Shown here: one piece after another, positions 48,655-63,392 of the stretch
How the letters are laid out: every line of letters begins with the position of its first letter
Numbering within the stretch: the first letter of the stretch is position 1
DNA from: Lingula anatina
Taxonomy: Eukaryota > Animalia > Brachiopoda
NCBI GenBank assembly: GCA_051362555.1
Contig: CM120640.1
Location: 58,134,788 to 58,198,787, forward strand
Reading direction: 5' to 3'
DNA length: 64,000 bases
Program-made: the position numbers and the translations under genes
Notes under the pieces: model-generated
Database searches by the model: none
What the model saw: only the letters and a program-made list of their open reading frames with translations
Told to the model about the DNA's origin: nothing

Positions 48655-51600
48655 ATGTCTGGATGGGTTGGAGGACCCCCAGGAGCGTAAGTGTTGTCAT
48701 AATTGTATTCATATTTATTTTGGTTTTTTATCCAGTAAATAGAAACAAAGAATAAAGGAGTATTTTTTTAGAACTAGTCATGGAGAATGGCAATTTGACA
48801 CATTGCATGTTATATACATGTATGGTTTTCGCATATGTCTATTTATATTGGATACAAACTGATCTTCAAACTGAATATTGTAAAACATAGTCTCATTAAC
48901 AAGACTTTCTCTAAAGATAATTTTGAATGAAACCATTTCAAAATTAATGATTAGCAACCATTTTTATATTTTGAAGGGTACTGGATGAAGATGACCGTGC
49001 CTCTCCCAGTGGGACCCGCCAACTTAAGTTGGAAAAACAGGTCAGTGCTTTGAACACACTTACAGTTTTGTGAAAAAGGAGGGGGGGGGGGGGTGGTATT
49101 GGAGATCTGTCATCCTTGACAAATACCTTTTTTTCTAAAACTTGTAAGTGATAAAAAACCTATTATTTTACTTGTGATGGAAGTCTAGGGATAGCCAGTC
49201 ACTGCTCTAAGTGCTCAAGGCAGCAGTTATAATTATGAGGTTGGGAAATAATTGGACCAGAATATGATCTGCCTCTTCTTTTGTGAAATAAACCACCTAT
49301 ATAAGCTTAATCATTGCTCATGTATCAGCAACTTGTGCTTTGTAAGATGCACTACACAGTACTACAGCATATTAACAATCTGTTAGAAATGTCATGTCCA
49401 TAATATTGATGGATTCCATGGTATATAAACCTGAACTTCAGATTCTAACACTCTTGTGAACCTCTGACCATCACCATTGTTTTTTCCACAAGTTTACTGA
49501 ACCAGTATTCATTTTATCATTTAAAATCCAGGCAACAATGCATATAAGTATGGTATGGCTCATGTTGGTACACTGCACCAAAAAGTCTAAATATTGATGA
49601 GCATTTTTATGGCCAGTCTCAATGAGAATTTCTCTTATTTACATACTCTGGTATTTAAGTACATCCATCTACATACATGTTTGAATAAGTCAGATATTTT
49701 AAAATATGTTATTATATGCAGTTCTACATGAAATTTGAAGTGACATTTCTAGGTGGCATTTAAGAAACATACAGGTGAATTACTATCTGCATGTTGTTGA
49801 CAACTTCATAAATAGATGGCATTTACAATAAGTTTTAAAGGTCCTGTTGCTGACAATTGGGAACAGTTGATACATGGGCCTACATTGGATACATTCATGG
49901 TCAAAGTCTATATAAATGGGCAAATTTTGTAGAAATCTGTAAGCCCATCTGCTTTGTGCCCATTGTGCAATGAAGCCCAGGGTATACCATATAGAAAATC
50001 AATGGAAACAATATTCCTATTTGATACATATAAGCTTTAAGTGAACAACTGATGTTGATTCCTATTTGTTTGATGTTTGAACCAGATAACAGCCATCTGA
50101 TACAGATATCTTCTAATGTACTTTATCCAACCTGTTTGGTTATCTCATATAAGAGCATGACTAGGGTTATATCAGTCCACTTAATTAGAACATATATCTG
50201 ATTTTCATGTTGTTTATGACAAGTAACATGTCTTACCAAGGTTATGTTTTCAGTCTTGGATGTTGATAAGAACAGAATAGAATGTATTTCAGTTTGTGGA
50301 TTACAAATAATGATCTCAGTTAATTACCTCTAACCAGAATAATTTCACCTTTTTTTCTACAGAGGCGAATTTTAGATGAACAGAAAAAGAAAAAGCGCAT
50401 GCAACAAGGTATACTGCAACCTAATGAGGAGCGTCCTCGCTCTGGCAGAAGGGGTAGGGATGATGCTAGTAAACCTCTTATGAAAGGTCCAACCAACAAG
50501 GAGCAACAAAAACAGTATCACCAGCATGGTGAGTTTTTTTTTTTACTCTCATTTTTGTGTTGTTTGTTGTTTGGCAATGGTATGGCATTATAAGCTTTTC
50601 AAAAGTTCCAAGGCTTTATCTGCTTACTGAAATATGGAGAAACCATATGAGAAGGGATTATCAAGATTTAATTAAACAGATCAGTTAGGCTTTGTTGCAT
50701 GATAGGCATTACGTCACGCAAGAACATGTCTCTTCAAGTGCAATAAACAATGGAGGCACATTTACTTATAGTGCATGCATGTTAATATAAATTTTTAATT
50801 TACCAAGTTAAAACAAATATTTTTTAATGTACAAAAATCAAATTTTTATTGAGCTTTGGAGTTTTTTCCAAGATAAAAACTTTGTTAATGCAAGTAAACC
50901 TCTACTCTTGTTTTGTTAATTTTTTCGTTCATCTCTATTTTTTTTCTGGTTGATACTTGTTAAGTAACTATGCCAAAAAATCATATTTAAAGCATCTGAA
51001 GGTAAAACTACCAGATTTAGCAGTACCTGCTATTAAAACCCTAAGATGTCACAGAGGATATTGTTTTTAAAAATTCTAAGATTTATTTCTGATGAGCAGT
51101 GGGCTTCAAGCATGAGTGAAACAATCATATTACACTCCTGAGTAATGAATCAGTTATGCCTTAGGGAATTTCCATTGGGATTATTGTAAAGAGAATAGCT
51201 TACATTAGACTGATTTTTCCATTATAATGATGAATGTTGATACTGCAACTTATCCTTTATGTATTGGGACATCCTGGCGGAGGCATCTGGATTGGTTTTA
51301 CATGAAGGTTTGAGCTTCAATTGCTGAAGTTATTGATTGGATTTGCAATCAAAAATTGGATATGGTTGTTTGCAAAATTGTTTGGGGTTCTTTTGGTTGT
51401 TTTTTATTTCCTGTTTTTACATGTATGATAACTGTCTAAAACCATTGTTTCTTATTTCTTTATCATGGATGCCATAATTTTTGTACTGTGCATACTGTAT
51501 TATGCGCATTTTATGGGGAGAAAAATGTAAACAAAAGGCACCAACACCATTTTGACAGAAGCATGTGTGATATGTCTTTTGTCTTGGCATTTTTAGAGTT

Positions 51601-52089
51601 GGTGATAAACATTGAGAGACACCTTTGTTATTTGCACAGTAGAACATATTTTTGTCTTAAGATGTCTAAAAAATAATTAATGTTGATTTTGTTTTTTGTA
51701 TAATTTCATCATATTTAACAGTACTTTGTCATGTCAGTGAAAGTTAACGTAAACATGCATGTTTGCCTGTTGTTTATGATGATTTACCAGGAGCCACATG
51801 GTCATTAATGTATGGTAATGACTGCATATACCCAATGTTATTTACAAAGTTCTTTTTCGATATTATGCTCCTTTCACAGGAGAAAAAGATTCTCAACGGC
51901 TCTCAGGTAATACCACACTCTGCATAATCACTAGTAGTTTGGGAAAGTCCACTGCATGTAGTATAGTGGTGTAGATCACAAAGACGACTAGTCCCTAATT
52001 ATACTTGGTCTATCACACTGCATGAATCTGACTTCTGCTATAATTTTAGCTGGAAGTAGATTATTTATGCAGACACATGTTGGTTTTTG

Positions 52090-52122
<33 letters not shown>

Positions 52123-55100
52123 TAGATATAATCACTTCATTTTAAAATTCATGTTTCTTATATACAGACATCACAATGGTCTGCGTGTATTCTGATTGCC
52201 TGTGTCCGTCCACATTGTTGCTGTTGCTGTCCTTCAACCTAAAACTCCTAAACAGTATTTTGTTTTCACAAATTTGCAGTTCAGATTAAAAAATCTAAAT
52301 AATTGGTTATTTTCATAAGAGGTTTTATGTCGTAAAATTATATAAACACACACACACACACACACACATAATTTTTTTTTTTTATTTTTGATAACCCACT
52401 CCTGGTATTGGCATTAATACTGCTGATGATTTTTTTCTCATCTATTTGTTAAGTTTTCCTACTCAGACTCAGCCAAATTTGTATCTTTAATTATTTTGTG
52501 TAATGTCTGTAGATATGTCAGCTTTGCTGTTTTCTTAGAATGTGCAAATAGTGCATCATAGTTTATTCTTTTCTTCACCTTTGCAATCTAGAATACTCCA
52601 TAATTCAATTTCTAAGATAAGTCATCACATGTAAATACAAATTTTTACCATCACCTAACCAACATACCAAGTATAAGGTGAGAAGTAAAGAGGATTTGGT
52701 CACTTTGGGAAGAAATATATTTGTCTTTTTTGTGTGAGAAAGATGGTGTCACTAATATTTCACTTATGTACCTGGAGAAATCATAAGAACTTGGGAGCAG
52801 ATTAAGGTTTATGTAACTTAATGGAAAGACAAAATTTCATCTGGAAATCTTGTCAGTTGTGGCCATGTTCATGACAATATGGGACAGTGCATTGCTTTTT
52901 AGAGTGAGAAACTTTTCTGTTATCTTTTCTAATTTTAATTTACACAGTCTGGTAGATGAATAAAGCACAGGACATCACTATTCCTATTTCTGTTAAACTC
53001 ACTTATCAAGGTAACTTAAGGTTTGTCCTTCAGCCTTTGATATTTTCTTCTGTTAGACCAACTTTCATCTGCACAAGCAGAGAATCCACAAAAATCCCCG
53101 AATCTCAATTTATGGAACCCAATAATGGGTAAGTCAAAAGAGAGGGGCAGTTAGTGCTATCTGCGCCATTGTATATAACAATAACAGTTCATGTTCATTA
53201 AATTACTAAATTCTACTAAAACCCATTATCAATATACTGACCAAATAGATTCTTTTTACACATTTATTCATTGACAATGATAATGATGATAAAACACATT
53301 TGCCATGTGGATCATTTCACCTCATTCTTATTGATCTTATTAAGTTCAGACCTGTTAGAAAGCTTCTTCATTTTTCTACTTTGAGGTATATGAAAGGAAT
53401 GTAGATGTGTTTGCATAGGAAATTAAGAAGACTTATCAGTGAAGTTTGATACCAAAATCTAATGAATACGTTTTCCATTTGGCATGTTTTTTAACACAGT
53501 GTAAATGTGTCAGTATAATTCATGTTCATCTGTTGCTGTTATTTAACTTAAAGTAGAATGTTTATAGTGATAACAAGATGAGAAAAAAATACCCCTTTCT
53601 AGTATTGACCATTGTTATATTAGTAATTAATTGATTTGCAAGTTCTTTACCGTGAGGCTTTCTAATCATGTAAAAGCATTGAAACAACTTTTCTTCGCAT
53701 TAAAATGACAGCTGAAGACAAAGCTTGAAGCCTTATTCAATAGTAATGATACCAATTTATGTTCTTTTGTTTGTTCCTTTTTCACACTGTTTTTGCAATA
53801 ATTCAATAATAATGATACCATTTTATGTTCTTTTGTTTTTTTCTTTTTTCACACTGTTTTTGCAATAACTTGTTATAATAATGTATTATGGTATTATTCC
53901 CTTTAAAAACTGGTTATTAGAAAACAGCTTGTAAAGAAATAAACAGCTGTTACAGTATTGCTGAAAGCTGCCTTTTGTTTTATATAATTTTTTGTCAATT
54001 TTTTCTCCTTTTTTATGGTTTAGTTGTTATTTTTCGATTTCCATCAAAAAACTTATTAGATTCAAGAATGGATTCATATTATATTTACATTTTTTTAAGT
54101 GTGTGAAATACATCTCTAGGTTCTCACAGAACTTTGAAATTTTGATGCCAAGCTCTGACATAGGGTATTTTGCTTCCTAAGGATGACTGTAAGGTGTGTT
54201 TTTGTGACAAATGATGATTTCTTTCAGCTTATGATGGGCCAGGCCAGGCCTATGACAAGTCCAAGAATACAGTTCAGGTGTTACAGGTGACATCAGGATC
54301 CTCGAAAGACTTCAGCAGTAGCAGTGGGGAGGAGGATGACATACCAAACATCAAAATGACGTCCAAAGGTACTAATTTCTTACACATAATATTACGTGAT
54401 AGTAAAAAGTTATTTTTCAGAAATAAAAGTAGATACTGCCATCTTTGCCACTGTACCTTTGTTGGATTTAAGTTGCTGAACCATATCAGATTTTCCTTTT
54501 TGTATTCAAAGATTTTTGCTTGTGAACTACCCCATCTTCCCATTATTTTGATGCCTTATCACAAATTTTTCTCTGCCCAACCAAATTTCAAAAATTTATT
54601 TTAACACACAGACTCCACAGAAAAACTGAGCTCTAAAAAGATCCCTACCATGATGACAGCAGAGGCAGATGACAATGTGGAGGACAGTGATGAAGATCCT
54701 GAGAGCACAGTGGAACCTGGACCTGTCACCCCAACACATGGAAGAATACCCCGACCCAGAAGCCACAGTCCCTATAGTGCAGGCAGTCCAACTAATATAC
54801 CAACAGAAAGTGAAAGAAATGTAAGAAGCGATAATGTGCTGTTTCTGAAGCTATTTCAAAATTATTATGTTTGAATGGGTGCATTACTGGTACACATGTT
54901 GAAGGATTTTGGCATTTCTGTGGTTTTCTGAAATGGGCTTATAGTTCTACATTCAGTGATGCTTTTTATGTCTTTGTTTGAAATAAATGATATATAATTT
55001 TAAGTCTGGTGCACAGGCATGAACGTTTTTATTTTCAAATATGAGTTCCCCTATAATTACGTCCACCATTTTTCTTTTATTTTTTGTTTACAGGATTTGA

Positions 55101-58100
55101 ACAATCCTCCAGGAGCTACAGGCAGAACTTTAAATGTAGACCCCACTGATGATTTAGAAAAATTTGTCATTATGCCTGCACCCCAGGGCGCAACCATCAA
55201 ATGCCGTATTACCAGGGACAAAAAGGGGGTGGATCGCAACATGTTTCCAACTTACTTTCTTCATATGGAAAGAGATGATGGGAAAAAGGTAAACTTGAGT
55301 TTCTAGTTTCTGTTGTTGACTCACAGCCTGCCAAAAAAATGAAAGAAAAAAATTACAAATATTTATTAGGTTGCCATTTACAGGTCATCATCATGCCAAA
55401 AGCTTGTATGTTCCCGCTGCTTAGTGCCTTGTGTTATTGAGAGGAGCAGCCTGTAAATTGAATTCTGTATTGATATGGAACAGATTTTGGTGGAGAGTAT
55501 TATAATTTTATTTGAATGGAAAAGGATGAAACTTCTTGACTTATTGCTGTTGTTTTGACATCACGTATGGATACATTTAAACTTTGAACTTAAAAAAAGA
55601 TGCATTTGGACAATTTTGTGAAGTTTTAATAGTCCTTTATACAAATTCCAGTCTAAGATTGAAAGACAAGGTCCATCTCATGTAAGGGGGTGTAGTCTTT
55701 TTTGTTATTTTTGAACATTTGCTTTATGTGCTGCAAGCCATTCTGCTACCGTCATTGATTTGCTAGATGTCCATATTTCATAATGAAAGATGACAAATAT
55801 TTGCCTGATATCACTGATAGATTTGCTGTTTATTGGTTTTCTGGAGTGAGGGCACTTTTCATTATTGATCTGTCATACTAATGACTCTGTCATTGTAAAG
55901 CAATAACATGATATTTTGGTTTGTAAGATTTATGGGAAATTCATGAGATTTTTGTCTTTAGTGGTTAAGCTTATTGAAGACTTATAGCGACACACTGTTT
56001 AGTGTGCCTAAGATTGTGTGTTATTAGGTTCTGTAGGAAGGCTTTGAAAAAACATGGCACCTTTACGTAGTATTTCGCAAAGTAGAGGGTTTCTGTTGTA
56101 AATGCAGTCCATTTTATCTTAGTTGTAATGATAAGCTTGTAACAAGTCCCATGCCTTTATCATTTTGCTTTTCTTTGTTGGATGCTTTGAAAACAAGGGA
56201 GAACATATTGTCTTATAGAATGTATTGTAAATATCTTTTTTCTCAGAATAGCTACACATTGTACACTTTAATTTTTTTTCTTGTTGCTAAAAGCATGGCA
56301 AGCAATATTGCTAAATAAACATTGTTTCCTTCATTGTTTTTCATTAACTTGTATAGAGTACAATTTTTGAAGCACACATTTTGCACCTTTTCAAACTTCA
56401 ATAGCTCTACCACCAGATTTTTAAGTGTCAAGAGTACTTTTATTTACTCTGAAAATTTCATGTTATATCGAGAAAATTGTATGAGGAGAATTTTTATTCA
56501 AAATTACAAGCTCAGAAAAATATATATGCATATGACTGTTGTCTAACAGTTAAGGTTAAAGTATTCTCTAAAGGATTTACCAGTCAAATGGATTTTCCTC
56601 TGGCAAAAGCAATTTTCTACGTCCCTGCACTGGGATTAATTTTTCATTCAATGGTTGAGTTTTAAATGACTGGCCAGTCATATTGAACAGTGCCAAGTGA
56701 ATGTGCACATTTGAAAAGAAACTATATCAGGCACTTTTATTTGAGGGGGTTTATGGTTTTTAAGGTTTGGATTGGAAAATATTAGTAGCTTTGAAAGATA
56801 TGAAGACAAGCTATATATAACTTTGAGAATGTGTACAATATATCTTGAACAATAGTTCAGGGAAGTTGCATGCCCTATGGTTAAGTTTCTTATTGGATAT
56901 ATTTCTTCTAATGTGCCACCTTTTCCTTACAGGTTTTCCTTCTTGCTGGCAGAAAGAGAAAAAAGAGCACTACATCCAATTACCTGATCTCTGTTGACCC
57001 AACAGATCTGTCACGTGGTGGAGAGGCTTTTGTAGGCAAACTGAGGTGAGTCAGGACAGATGAAATGGAAATGTTAGTTCGTTGTTGTTGTTGGTGGTGG
57101 TGGTGGTGGTGGTGTGTGTGTGTGTGTGCTTGCTTGCATGTACTAGTATACGTGTATGTGTAGTGTAGTTGGTGGATGAATTAACCCCACAATAGCACAT
57201 AGCAGTTTTTCTTGGCTAGTGCCAGTACTCTATGACCTCCAGCAATCAAATTGTGACATTTAGTCTACAACAGAGGAATATCAAGACAACTAGTCCACAA
57301 TGGAGGTTAATACTTTTGTACTTTCAAGACCTCACTAAGTTCATGTTATGTAACAATGTAGGATGAAACCCATTCTGTGAAACTAAATTTTTAGGTCACT
57401 TTTTTGTGATTATTGCAAATAAGACCAAAAACGATCCCTTTTCTAAGTATTTAAACTAGTACTAAGCATAAGAGAATGGAGAATCTTCTGGAACTCCACA
57501 ACAAAGTACCTATGAGCCCACTTTGGTTAAGATAAGTTCAATATAATGAGATGGCTTTATTTTACTATTCAGGTCAAATCTGCTTGGTACACAATTTACT
57601 ATTTTTGACAATGGTGACAGTCCCAAGAAACCAGGAGAATCATCTCGGCAGGAGCTGGCTGCTGTGGTTTATGTAAGCATGTTAAAGTTTGGAAATCTGT
57701 TACTCACCAGGACAGAGCTCAAAATACATAGTCTGTTAATTCGAAACTATGTTAGTCAATAATTTAATTCAATATTTTAGCCTGGCTGATGAAATTTGCT
57801 ATATGCTTTAATATGTTATTAGTTTCTTTTTCAAAGAACTCTAAATTTCTGAGAATTTTGAAAAAAAAATGTTTGGTTTCTTCAGGAGACAAATGTCCTA
57901 GGTTTCAAAGGGCCTCGCAAGATGACTGTGATCATTCCGGGCATGAATCTGGATCATGAGCGTGTGCCTGTGGCACCCAGATCGGTAAGAAAAGCAAAAG
58001 ACAACAAGACTGTAAAACTGGATTAATGAATAAATTGTTCATTGCTAGTTTTAATAAAAGCTTTCCACGAAATAAGTAAAATGTTTTTGTAGTATTTAAA

Positions 58101-59621
58101 GAGATTCAATCAATTTTTGCCATGTCATGTTTTTGTAGATTCGACTCTCAGACTTGGCACAGTATTGTGTTTTCACAGATAACTCCAGATATTTTCTGTA
58201 TAGTTACCGTTCTATTTATCAGGATTATGATGGTCTTGTGGAAAGATGGAAGCATAAGAGAATGGAGAATCTTCTGGAACTCCACAACAAAACCCCTGTG
58301 TGGAATGATGGTGAGTGAAGCAAAGGAACACAGGCCTTAAAGATTCCAGAGAAATTAGCATTTAAGAATTTCAGTGTGAAATTTTTAGTAAGTCATTGAC
58401 CATTTGAGCAAGAGTCAAAGGAAGGGATTTTGCAAAGGTCCACTTATATTTTCAATTAGTGCATACAAATTTTGATGGTTGCATTTGCACATTTTACATC
58501 TAATTTTTCATTCCATATTCCATGTCAATAAGTGCACTGTGAAATATTTAAGTAATCTCCCTTTCTAGAAACACAATCCTATGTGCTGAATTTCCATGGA
58601 AGAGTAACTCAAGCCTCAGTGAAGAATTTTCAGATTGTCCATGACAATGATGGTAGGTGTTATTATGTACTAGCAAATTATTTATTAATGTTGTGTTTTT
58701 TTATAAATATTAATATACTGCACTGTAAGTGTCTGTATGTATTCTGATTGGTCTGTCTGTCTGTGTTGTTGCTGTCACTATCAATGTCCGACACATGACG
58801 TTCGCCCCATAACTGCCAAACCGTATTTTTGTTTTATTATAAATTTACTGAGTGGCCTTGTTTGGCTAAGAAGCAGGTTGCTTTAAAAAATTGGCATGAT
58901 CAATTTACAGTTACAGTAATTATTCTGTTTTTTATTTATTTATTTATTTATTTTGCACAATTTTGGTGACCTTCACCCCATAACTTCCAAACAGTATTTT
59001 TGTTTTTCTTGAAATTTACTGAGTAGCTTTGTTTGGTAAAGAAGCAGGTTGCTCTCGAAAATCTACATAATCTGTTCACATTTACAGTAATTATTCTGAT
59101 TTTTTGCACAATTTTGGTGATGTTCTCCCCATAACTGCCAACTCATGTCTTTGTTTTACTTTAAATTTACTGAGTGGCTTTGTTTGTTAAAGACTCATGA
59201 TTGGTTTACATTTATGTCAAAAAATTTTTTATTTTCACATATCAGCATTTTCAGTGGCTTTTTCAATGTCCATGTTACCTGTAGTACATAATGTAAGAGG
59301 GTAAGAGTGATTAAAGAGTTACGTAACTGCATCAAAATTGTCCAAAACATTATTTGGTGCATTCTTTTCTGCGTAATGTATAAACATTTGTCAGCTTTGC
59401 TGCCTTGTTTCAGCTTTGCTGTCTAGTTGTATCTTTCAATAATATTTTTTGACACTCGCTAATGGACATTGATTATATTTTTTTCAGTTGACTACATTGT
59501 GATGCAGTTTGGGCGTGTAGCAGAAGATGTGTTCACAATGGATTTCAACTATCCAATGTGTGCTCTTCAAGCTTTTGGGATAGCTCTCAGTAGCTTTGAT
59601 AGCAAGCTGGCATGTGAATAA
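48655..59621 (+). CDS. TUB: Tubby-family protein (TUB/TULP orthologue)
   Basis: Exons 48655-48686, 48977-49040, 50363-50528, (51880-51906), (53057-53128), 54228-54368, 54612-54820, 55094-55288, 56933-57045, 57573-57672, 57886-57984, 58223-58310, 58569-58652 and 59488-59621. N-terminal IFT-A-binding-type helix (VLDED...[20 protein letters not shown]) and tubby domain ([69 protein letters not shown]). Confidence 0.95.
52156..52537 (+). mobile_element. Degenerate HINE, same family as 19803-22866
   Basis: 5' TATACAGACA..GTCTGCGTGTA with a microsatellite-like tract; 3' TGTCTGTAGAT followed by the hairpin CAGCTTTGCTG. Confidence 0.55.
53735..53867. repeat. ~66-bp tandem duplication (2 copies)
   Basis: ATTCAATA(G/A)TAATGATACCA..TTATGTTCTTTTGTTT..CACACTGTTTTTGCAATA occurs twice. 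Confidence 0.85.
57464..57505 (+). other. Intronic 42-bp exact copy of a downstream Tubby exon segment
   Basis: AAGCATAAGAGAATGGAGAATCTTCTGGAACTCCACAACAAA is identical to 58250-58291. Confidence 0.9.
58710..59427 (+). mobile_element. HINE with about 3 internal 150-170-bp repeats, same family as 52156 and 19803
   Basis: 5' GTCTGTATGTATTCTGATTGG(TCTG)n; CCCCATAACT(G/T)CCAA units at about 58805, 58976 and 59127; duplicated 3' hairpin CAGCTTTGCTG ending CTAGTT. Confidence 0.6.
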
Positions 59622-61625
59622 AACTTGGTCTTAGAGCATGATTAAATTAATTTGACAGATACATCTGTTTTGTCAACTGGATCCATATTAAGCAAGAATG
59701 TGATAGGAATTTAATCAGACCAAGATTCACATCTAGAACGGACTGTATACCCCAAAAAATAGAATACTGGAAGTTGTATAATACATCTAGACTTAAAAGG
59801 AATTTAACAATTATATAATTGTATACATATGTGCTAGCTTGGAGGTACTTCATTGCTCATGACATTTGTTCTATTTTATTGACTATATTCCATGCATGTA
59901 AGGCCACAGTACTGTGTTTTGAGAAGAATGTGGGCCACTGGATAATATTGCCAGTCCCATGTGGTCCAGGTAAAGGTCACATATACATAAAATGTCCCCA
60001 AGTGTGCAGAGTATAATGAAGAAGCAAATAGGAGATCCAGATATATTGATGACCTACCATTTTTTTATGTATTTGGACATTCAAATGGGTATTCCCTTTA
60101 GATTGGTTACATTAACTTTTTTGAGTGGAAAAAGATGACAGGACAAAGAGAAAAACGTTGTACTAAGACACAACTATCAAAACCATCAAATTACATCTTT
60201 TCTGTTGTTTATTACAAGTTAAACATATACAGTAAAGAAACTTTAGCCAGTGGATTCATAAATTCATTGGCACAATATTTAATGGTATGGTAGATGATCA
60301 TTTACATTGCATTACATTACATACTGCATTATATCCAAATCAGTAGTAGCATAATTAAAACTAGGCATTTGATCCAAATTGAAAACGCATTTTAAGTGTG
60401 ACAAGTAAAGTTATGTGTAATATGATGTCACAAGTAACAAAAATATGTAAATAATGCTATAGCTTTTTGTGTCAGGCATTTCAGGGTATTAGGAACTTGT
60501 TAAATGGCATCAAATCCATGTCTTTATGAATTATCATGGTGTTTTGTAGTGATCTTCAAAATAAGGAAAACTTCAAATAGAAGTGCTAGCTTTAAAGGAG
60601 AGGTAGAAGTTGGGATTTCTTACAAGAGAAAAGTTCAGGAAACCCAAGTGTGCAATTTTCTATAAAGAACGTAACCATGAAGTGTTTTCCTGATCTAAGC
60701 TTAAATGTAGTATTGTCTGTCATAGTGCTTATGATATAGTATTCTATTAACCGCACTATAATTGTTTGTGTTATATTCATACCATTGTACTTCAGTGTAA
60801 GTTCCCATATATCATTGATAATTGGGATAACAAAGACTTTACCCATAATGACATATATTTACCAGGACTATGGGTCTTTATGGTACTTAAAATTACAAGT
60901 TAGGTCACATAGTCAGCAACCAAAAAAATTCACATTTCAAACATCGCAATTTCTTTTGTGGTGTAAAGTATACTTTAAATTCCCAGAAATCTATTATTTT
61001 TTACATCTGAATACTACTTGTCATTACAGTTAGGTCACAGATAATTTCATCTTAAAGGATTGTAGTGAAGTACATTTTTACTTTTTTTTCTAAGCCAATT
61101 ATCTACTTATAGTTCCAGTATTATTGATTTTAAATGGGACCAAAATAGTTTGAACCGTCCATGAAGCATTTTTTTGTGATGAAGCACTAATAATTCTATA
61201 TCACTGTTATATTATTTTATTCAAGTTTAACTTGTAGTCATCTTTTTTCTGTAGAGGTTAAGATTGATCCTTTTGTAACTTTGGAAACTTTTACCAAGGA
61301 AAATAATAGAGCACTGACAACAATGGAAATGAGAAGGCGTCCAACTCTTAGTGACTGTATGATTTTCATGAAATAAAAATATTTTCTGACTGATAAACTC
61401 ATTTTGTCCACATCAAGTTCTTTTCGCAGAAAAACTAAACAATATCTTCTGTATTATTTATGTCTGTGTAATTTTCTTGTTTAGGCGGTAAATAAGAGTA
61501 ACTCATGACTTGATTTTATGCAGCAAAGTGTGTAATGCAGAGACCAGATTGGAACAAATAACACATTCTTTTTTACTAAATATAAAATGCAGAGAAACTT
61601 TTTTTCTTAAAGTGAACTGCTCTTA

Positions 61626-63349
61626 TTAGTTCTTGGTTTTCTTCTTTGATTTCTTTTTTAAGATAATATTTTGTTTCTTAAATAAACTGATATTTGTAGC
61701 TTTCTGTTCAAGTTTATTAATTCTGGGAGTTTTTTTATTGATAATGGATTCCATTTCCTTAGAAATCTTGGCTTTCATCTTCTCTCTTTTCTTCATTTCA
61801 TTCTTTTTATGCTCTGGTATGTCTGCATACCAAACAGTGTTAGCACCATCTTCTTGGTCTTGGACCCGTTTTTGAGTCTTTTTCCTTGTGTGCAAGATCA
61901 TTTCTCTGAAAGTGAATTTAGTTCATATTTAGAAAATTGTCTACAAAGTCAATCCATTTGACTTATTAGCCAACTAGAGTACTATTTGTCACTCAGATTT
62001 GGTTGACAAAACTGACCTTGCTAATTCATTTATATTATATTTTTTCTTACTAAGGTTTCTAAAACAGCAAATTGGTATGTGTTCTGAAAATGTAGGACAA
62101 TTTCCATCTCCATACTTTTGTTTCCAGGACCTTTCTCTGTCATATTTGGGGACTGTAGATATAGGTTTCCTCTTAACAGCACTTCTGGCCAGTTTTCTTT
62201 TCACTTTCCTGAATTATACCAAAATAAATTGGATTCAAACTTACTTTAAACATATTGTAAAAAAAAAAAAAAAACAGACATTAAAAAAACTGCCTACACA
62301 GTAGTTATACTAGATAACTGAATACTTTGTCACATAACTAAGATTCTCTACGTTGGTGAATGCACTAAATGGAGACAAATGGACAAAACTTTTCTGAAAA
62401 TTAACTTCATGATATATGATTTAGAATTGCATAAGTGCCACATAATACAAACTTGTCTGGTTTCTTCATTGTCATCATGTATTCTGGTACTGGACACCCT
62501 GCCTCCTGCATCACATTTGCTATGCTGCAAAATAATAAAACTGTATGATTTACAAAATGGACTTCATGACATGGAATAGTTATTATAATACAACAGTAAT
62601 ATCCATAGACAACCCAGCGAGTTCAGTTTCACTGCGTTGTCTAGAGGTGTTATGTTGGTCTGTTTATGTTTACCTACAAATCAAACACTGAAAATGTAAA
62701 GATTAAAAACATTTCCAAAATACATACAATCAACATATGGATCATCTTCCTACAGAGGACCCACATCATGGTTATGCTGAACTCTTACCGTTTCAAAAAA
62801 GATACATATAAATACACAACTTTTTTCTAACCATATCACATTGCAGAATTACTTGAGTTGAAATTGCATTAAAATTATCATGTAACAAATATTCTTCACT
62901 AACCTTCTCAAGTTAACAGCATCATTTTCAGTAAAAAAAGTGACTGCCCTTCCTGGTCTTCCAGCTCGCCCTGTACGACCTGAATGATGAAAGAATAAAA
63001 AAAAACTGACTGAACAACACTGCACCTAATCTTAATTTCTAAGAAATGCTTTTGATTTACACACAAATATTACCTTTGTTTTAACTGAAAAAAAAAAGCA
63101 TGAAAAAAACTTACCTATCCTATGTATATAACTGATGGCACTATTGGGGAAATCAAAGTTGACCACCAAATTAACTCCTTTAAAATCAATACCCCTTCCC
63201 ATGAGTTCGGTACAAATCAGCACCCATATTTTCCCAGCTCTAAAGCTTTTCACGACATTATCTCTCTGAAATATAAAATGCATAATATCTACCAAATCAT
63301 ACCATCTGACTGAAAGAGCATCATTTATGGATCTTTTAAGATGTTCAAA

Positions 63350-63392
<43 letters not shown>

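Noticed and set aside
51085-51130. CTGATGAG...GAAAC hammerhead-like spacing
   Set aside because: No convincing helix II or helix I pairing.
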